Below are positions 59,862 to 64,000 of a stretch of 64,000 nt of DNA, piece after piece. Under the pieces are notes generated by a model. That model did not search any database. It saw only the letters and a list, made by a program, of their open reading frames with translations, and was not told the DNA's origin. Each line of letters opens with the position of its first letter. Position 1 is the stretch's first letter. Both the position numbers and the translations under genes were made by a program. The stretch lies in contig NC_092395.1 of the NCBI RefSeq assembly GCF_030028105.1, positions 42,870,459-42,934,458 on the forward strand, read 5' to 3'. Source of the stretch: Mobula birostris. Its lineage: Eukaryota.

Positions 59862-62800
59862 TTTCCTACCAAGGACCAGAGGGCGTCTACGGTGGGAAAA
59901 ATGTTATGGGAGAAGTATCTCGTTTATTATAACCTTCCCAGGCGAATGCATCGTGATCAGGGACGGGACTTCGAGAGCAGACTAAACCATGAGTTACTGG
60001 GCAGGCTTGGAGTCGCGTTCGAGGACCACGCCCTATCACCCACAGTGTGATCCCCAGCCAGAGAGGTTAAATCGGACCTTGCTAGACATGCTCGGGACCC
60101 TGGAGATCTGCAAGAAGAGCAGGCGGAGTCAATATATTGGGCATGTGGTTCACAGTTATAATTGTACACGAAATGAAGATACTGGTTACTCGCCGTATTA
60201 TCTGATGTTTGGGCGTGAGGCAAGGTTGCCTATTGACCTTTGTTTTGGGACTGACGAAGGTGATTTACCACCGAAGACTTATCTGAAGTATCTGTCTGAC
60301 ATAAGAAGAGAGTTGAAAAGGGTTTATGAATTAGCTAGGGTCGCGGTCGGGAGACAGGGTCCTCATAAGCAATTTGGGGCTACCTGGAAAGCATAAGTTG
60401 GCTGACCGCTGGGCGGCTACGCCCCATGTAGTGGAGAGTCGGATGCCAAACCTACCAGTTTTTCGGGTGAAACCAAAGGATGGGAATGGGCCTGTCAAGA
60501 TTCTCCATCGGAACCACCTGTTGCCCCTGGGTCAAGAGGTGCAGGTAGACCAAGAGCCCGACTTGGAGCCTACACCTAGTAAGAGGGCTCTGCGGAAACG
60601 CGGAGTGACTACTGGGCCCTCAACAGGCGAGGTTAGGCCGGACCCCACCCCTGAGAGGGATACCGATTCGGAGGATGAGGACCTGGATGTGTGGCATATG
60701 CTGCCTTTCGCAAACTCCCCACTGATTGAGGAAGAGAGTCCCGACACTTCTCCCACTGAGACAGGTGACGTGTTCGGGGGAGGGGGGAATGGGGAAGGGC
60801 CATCTGTGGGCAACCGAGGTTGCAGCGGGACTCTGCAGGGGAGGAAGCAGGGTTTGATCACGGGACAGAGGGCTCCGAGTTGCAGATGGGCTGGAGTGAT
60901 AGATCCGGGGAGGCCTCGCCAGGTAGACTGGAAACATCCCCAGTAGTGTCAGAACCTGAGGAGCTAGATGATGGGGCGCGGAGGTCTCAGAGAATTAGGA
61001 GACCACCGGATAGGTTAGCCTACGTAGCACCAGGAGAACAGAGTGTGACCCCTACTGTTTTTGGGAGCTTTATCACTGCCTTTTACACCTGGATTGGACT
61101 TTGTGTTTTGCAAGAAGGGTTGGCGAATTATATCAACGTCACGAGGACATGACTAAATTTGGTGGGGAGAGTGTGACATGCTGTAGGGTTTCACTGCTGT
61201 GTAACATGCTGTAAGGTTTCACTGATAATATAATGGTTTCTCTGTAGCAGCAATGTTTGGGTTATGACTAGAGATAACGGGGTTTGGCATGCTGTTCCTT
61301 CTTGTGAGTCTGGAAGAGAGATTTTTGCGGTCTTTTGCCGGAGAGAGATGAGGAGAGAAGACGCGAATGGAGGGAGTTGGTGGACCACCGGACGTGATGG
61401 ACTTGGAGCGAGGGTCCGAAGGGCAGCGACGATCGGAGGAGGTCGATGGTGGACGACTGGCTTATCAGTGAGCTTCAACATTGTGCAATAGACTGGTCCA
61501 TAAGAATGGGCCTTCTTTCTTTTTTTTTCGTTTTATTTCCTAACCCTCTTGTCAAAGTAGGAATTATGAAGCTTAATTGTTTAATCGCATATTGTATACT
61601 GTTTGTTATTTCGGGGTACTGATTTGTAACAGTGGACACATCCCGCAGCATCCACCCAAACAAGATTTCTTAAATTTGGCCGGGCAGGGGTCTATCACCC
61701 ACTATATTAAGCCGCTTGCCGAAGCGAGAATTACATGTATTTAGATGACATCCTTATCTATTTCCGCTCTCATCAAGAGCACGTCCAGTATGCTCGGAGA
61801 GGACTCAGACGCCTTCTTGAAAATAACCTGTACGCCAAGCCTGAAAAATGTGAATTCCATAAAGACCAGGTGCCATTTTTGGGCTATATACTTACCTCAT
61901 CCAGTGTTCAAATGGACCCCAGTAAAGTTCAGGCCGTTACAGAGTGGCCCAAACCGTCTACAGTCAAACAGGTACGGCGCTTCATGGGGTTTGCGAACTG
62001 TTATCGCCGCTTCATTCGGAATTTCGGCTCTATCGCGGCTCCAATTAATGCACTCACCAAGAAAACCTCGGCAGGATTCTAATGGACGGACCATACCGAC
62101 CAAACATTTTCAGAGCTAAAGCGATGTTTCACCACTGCCCCGATGCTGCAACAGCCAGACCCATCTCGGCCATTCACTATCGAGATGGATGCATCCGATG
62201 TAGGCATTGGAGCTGTCCTCTCTCAGCGCTCGTCTGCGGATAGCCCTCGCTCCCTTGTGCCTTTCTTTCCCGTCGCTTAACTCTGGCCGAAAGGAATTAC
62301 GACGTTGGGAACTGGGAGCTTCTAGCTGTCAAGGAGGCCCTAGAGGAATGGCGACACAGGCTGGAGGGGGCAGAGCATCCATTCCTGGTCTGGACAGATC
62401 ACAAGAACCTCTCCTATATTCAGATGCTAAAATACTCTCTGGTCAAGTCCGGTGGGCTCTCTGTACACACGGTTTAATTTCATCCTCACTTATTGTCCCG
62501 GCAGCAAGAATACAAAGGCGAACGCTCTCTCCCGGCAGTTCGACGGATCTGAGGACAATGCCGATCCAGAGCCCATTCTTCCCCGTTCGTGTATCGCTGC
62601 TCCGGTGATCTGGGGAACAGAGGCAGAGGTGAGGGCCGCCCAATAATCAGATCCAGGCCCGGATGGGGACCTCCCAACCGGCTGTTTGTCCCTGCTGCGG
62701 TGCGTTCCACATTGTTGGGATGGGGTCACTCCTCCCGTTTGGCTGGACATCCGGGAGTTCAATGGACTCAGGAGTTTAAAAGAGACAATGTTAGTGGCCA

Positions 62801-64000
62801 TCTATGTCCCAGGATGTCCTCGAATTTGTATCTGCCTGTCTTACCTGCGCTCGAAACAAGTCATTACGTCAGAGTCCTGCGGGTCTGTTATGTCCATTGC
62901 CTGTGCCCCACCGCCCCTGGTCCCACCTCTCAGTACATTTCATCACTGGTCTGCCCTCGTCTAATGGAAACACCATCATTTTCGTCGTTGTAGATCGATT
63001 TTCCAAGGCTGCCCACTTCATTGCCCTCCCCAGGCTCCCATCGGCTCGTGAGACTGCCACACGCATAGTTCAACATGTGTTCAGGATCCATGGCTTCCCT
63101 CAAGACATAGTGTCTGATCGTGGACCACGGTTCACTTCCCGCTTTTGGAAGGGTTTCTGCTCTCTTTTTGGTGTCATGTCTGGCTTCCACCCCCAATCTA
63201 CTGGCCGGACGGAGAGAATAAACCAGGAGTTGGAGACAACCCGGTGCTGTCTTTCCTCTTCCAACCCCACGTTCTGGACTCCCAATTGGTATGTCTCCCT
63301 TTGAATGCCAGAAAGGATTCCAGCCCCCGCTCTTCCCTGATCAGGAGATCGACGTGGGAGTTCCTGCTGCTGAACAGCTGATTCAGCGCTACAAGCGCAC
63401 CTGGAGACAAGCCAGGGCTTCTCCGCTGCGCGCCAAGAAACAGCATTCCTGGCAGGCTGATCGGCTCCGTCAACCGGTAAGGACATTGAAGCCAGTAGAG
63501 GAGGTCTGGTTGGTATCAACGGATCTTCTTCTGAAAGTCGAGAACTGGAAATTGGCACCGCGCTACGTGGGACCTTTTGTAGTGGAAAGGGCTGTCAGCA
63601 AGGTGTCCTATAGACTGCGTCTACCAGCATCGCTGAAGATCCACCAGTATTCCATGTTTCCCAGCTGAAGCCTGTTACTACCTCTCCTATAGCCCCACTT
63701 ACCCCACCTCCCACACCTCCCCGCCTGGTAGATGGTTCCCTTGTCTATACTATGTGGCACCTCCTGGCATCTCGCCGGGTACGTGTTAAGGTCCAGTACC
63801 TTGTGGACTGAGAAGCGTATGGCCCAGAATAGCGTACTTGGATACCGGCGAAGGACATCTTGGACCAGTCGCTGATCCGGGATTTCCAGCGGACACAGGT
63901 CTGTGCGCCTCAGGCGCTGCGCCTGGAGAGGGGGTCCCTGTCACAACTACGGATTCGGCAGCGAGGTAGATACGGCAATTGTGCTTGTGAATTTGTACGT

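Larger units (their letters stand above)
52349..61735 (+). mobile_element. Gypsy with PNMA-like Gag (copy 2), both LTRs present, inserted in the sushi RT
   Basis: LTRs 52349-52856 and 61172-61735; TSD TGTC/TGTA splits FVFV|YLDD; GRLRLFSG gag, LDTGSQVT PR, RT, RH, IN; PPT 61161-61171. Confidence 0.92.
46353..64000 (+). mobile_element. Sushi-type chromoviral Gypsy retrotransposon hosting nested insertions
   Basis: 5' LTR 46353-46755; 3' LTR from 63939 (runs off the window) after a PPT; gag (ELRRVF, WNERSL, CLYCGDPGHF), RT (YPLP, DLRNAY, YLDDILI), RH, IN (GLP.SNGNT.IFVVVDRFSKAAHF) and chromodomain (VQYLVD.EAYGPE..TW). Confidence 0.92.

Overview
Eukaryotic, repeat-dense genomic DNA, almost certainly from a cartilaginous fish (shark/ray-type CR1, HE1-like SINE and Penelope repeats; possibly a batoid, which is inference). 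Most of the window is nested, decayed transposable elements: ERV integrase, Rex1, Penelope, Tigger, CR1, L1/Tx1, RTE, hAT/Buster, two PNMA-type Gypsy elements, a sushi-type chromovirus, a Gmr1-type Gypsy and several solo LTRs. There is also an RBM25 retrocopy. The host-gene core is a tandemly duplicated immunoglobulin light-chain minilocus on the minus strand whose V and C motifs match the sigma isotype. Cluster 1 (35565-37793) has an octamer/TATA promoter, a leader exon, a V already fused to J in the genome with no RSS between them, and an intact C exon. As assembled, its VJ joint is 1 nt short of frame and its leader has one extra T. Cluster 2 is an orphan C exon with a W-to-stop, and a Gmr1-type retrotransposon sits where its J/V should be. 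Other highlights: an intact-looking minimal hammerhead ribozyme in a palindromic Penelope-derived insert, a GGGAAAC -1 frameshift site with a conserved stem in the PNMA-type Gypsy elements, and a 37-bp minisatellite expanded inside one solo LTR. All identifications come from reading the sequence and recalling family motifs; no searches were run, and boundaries without TSDs are approximate.
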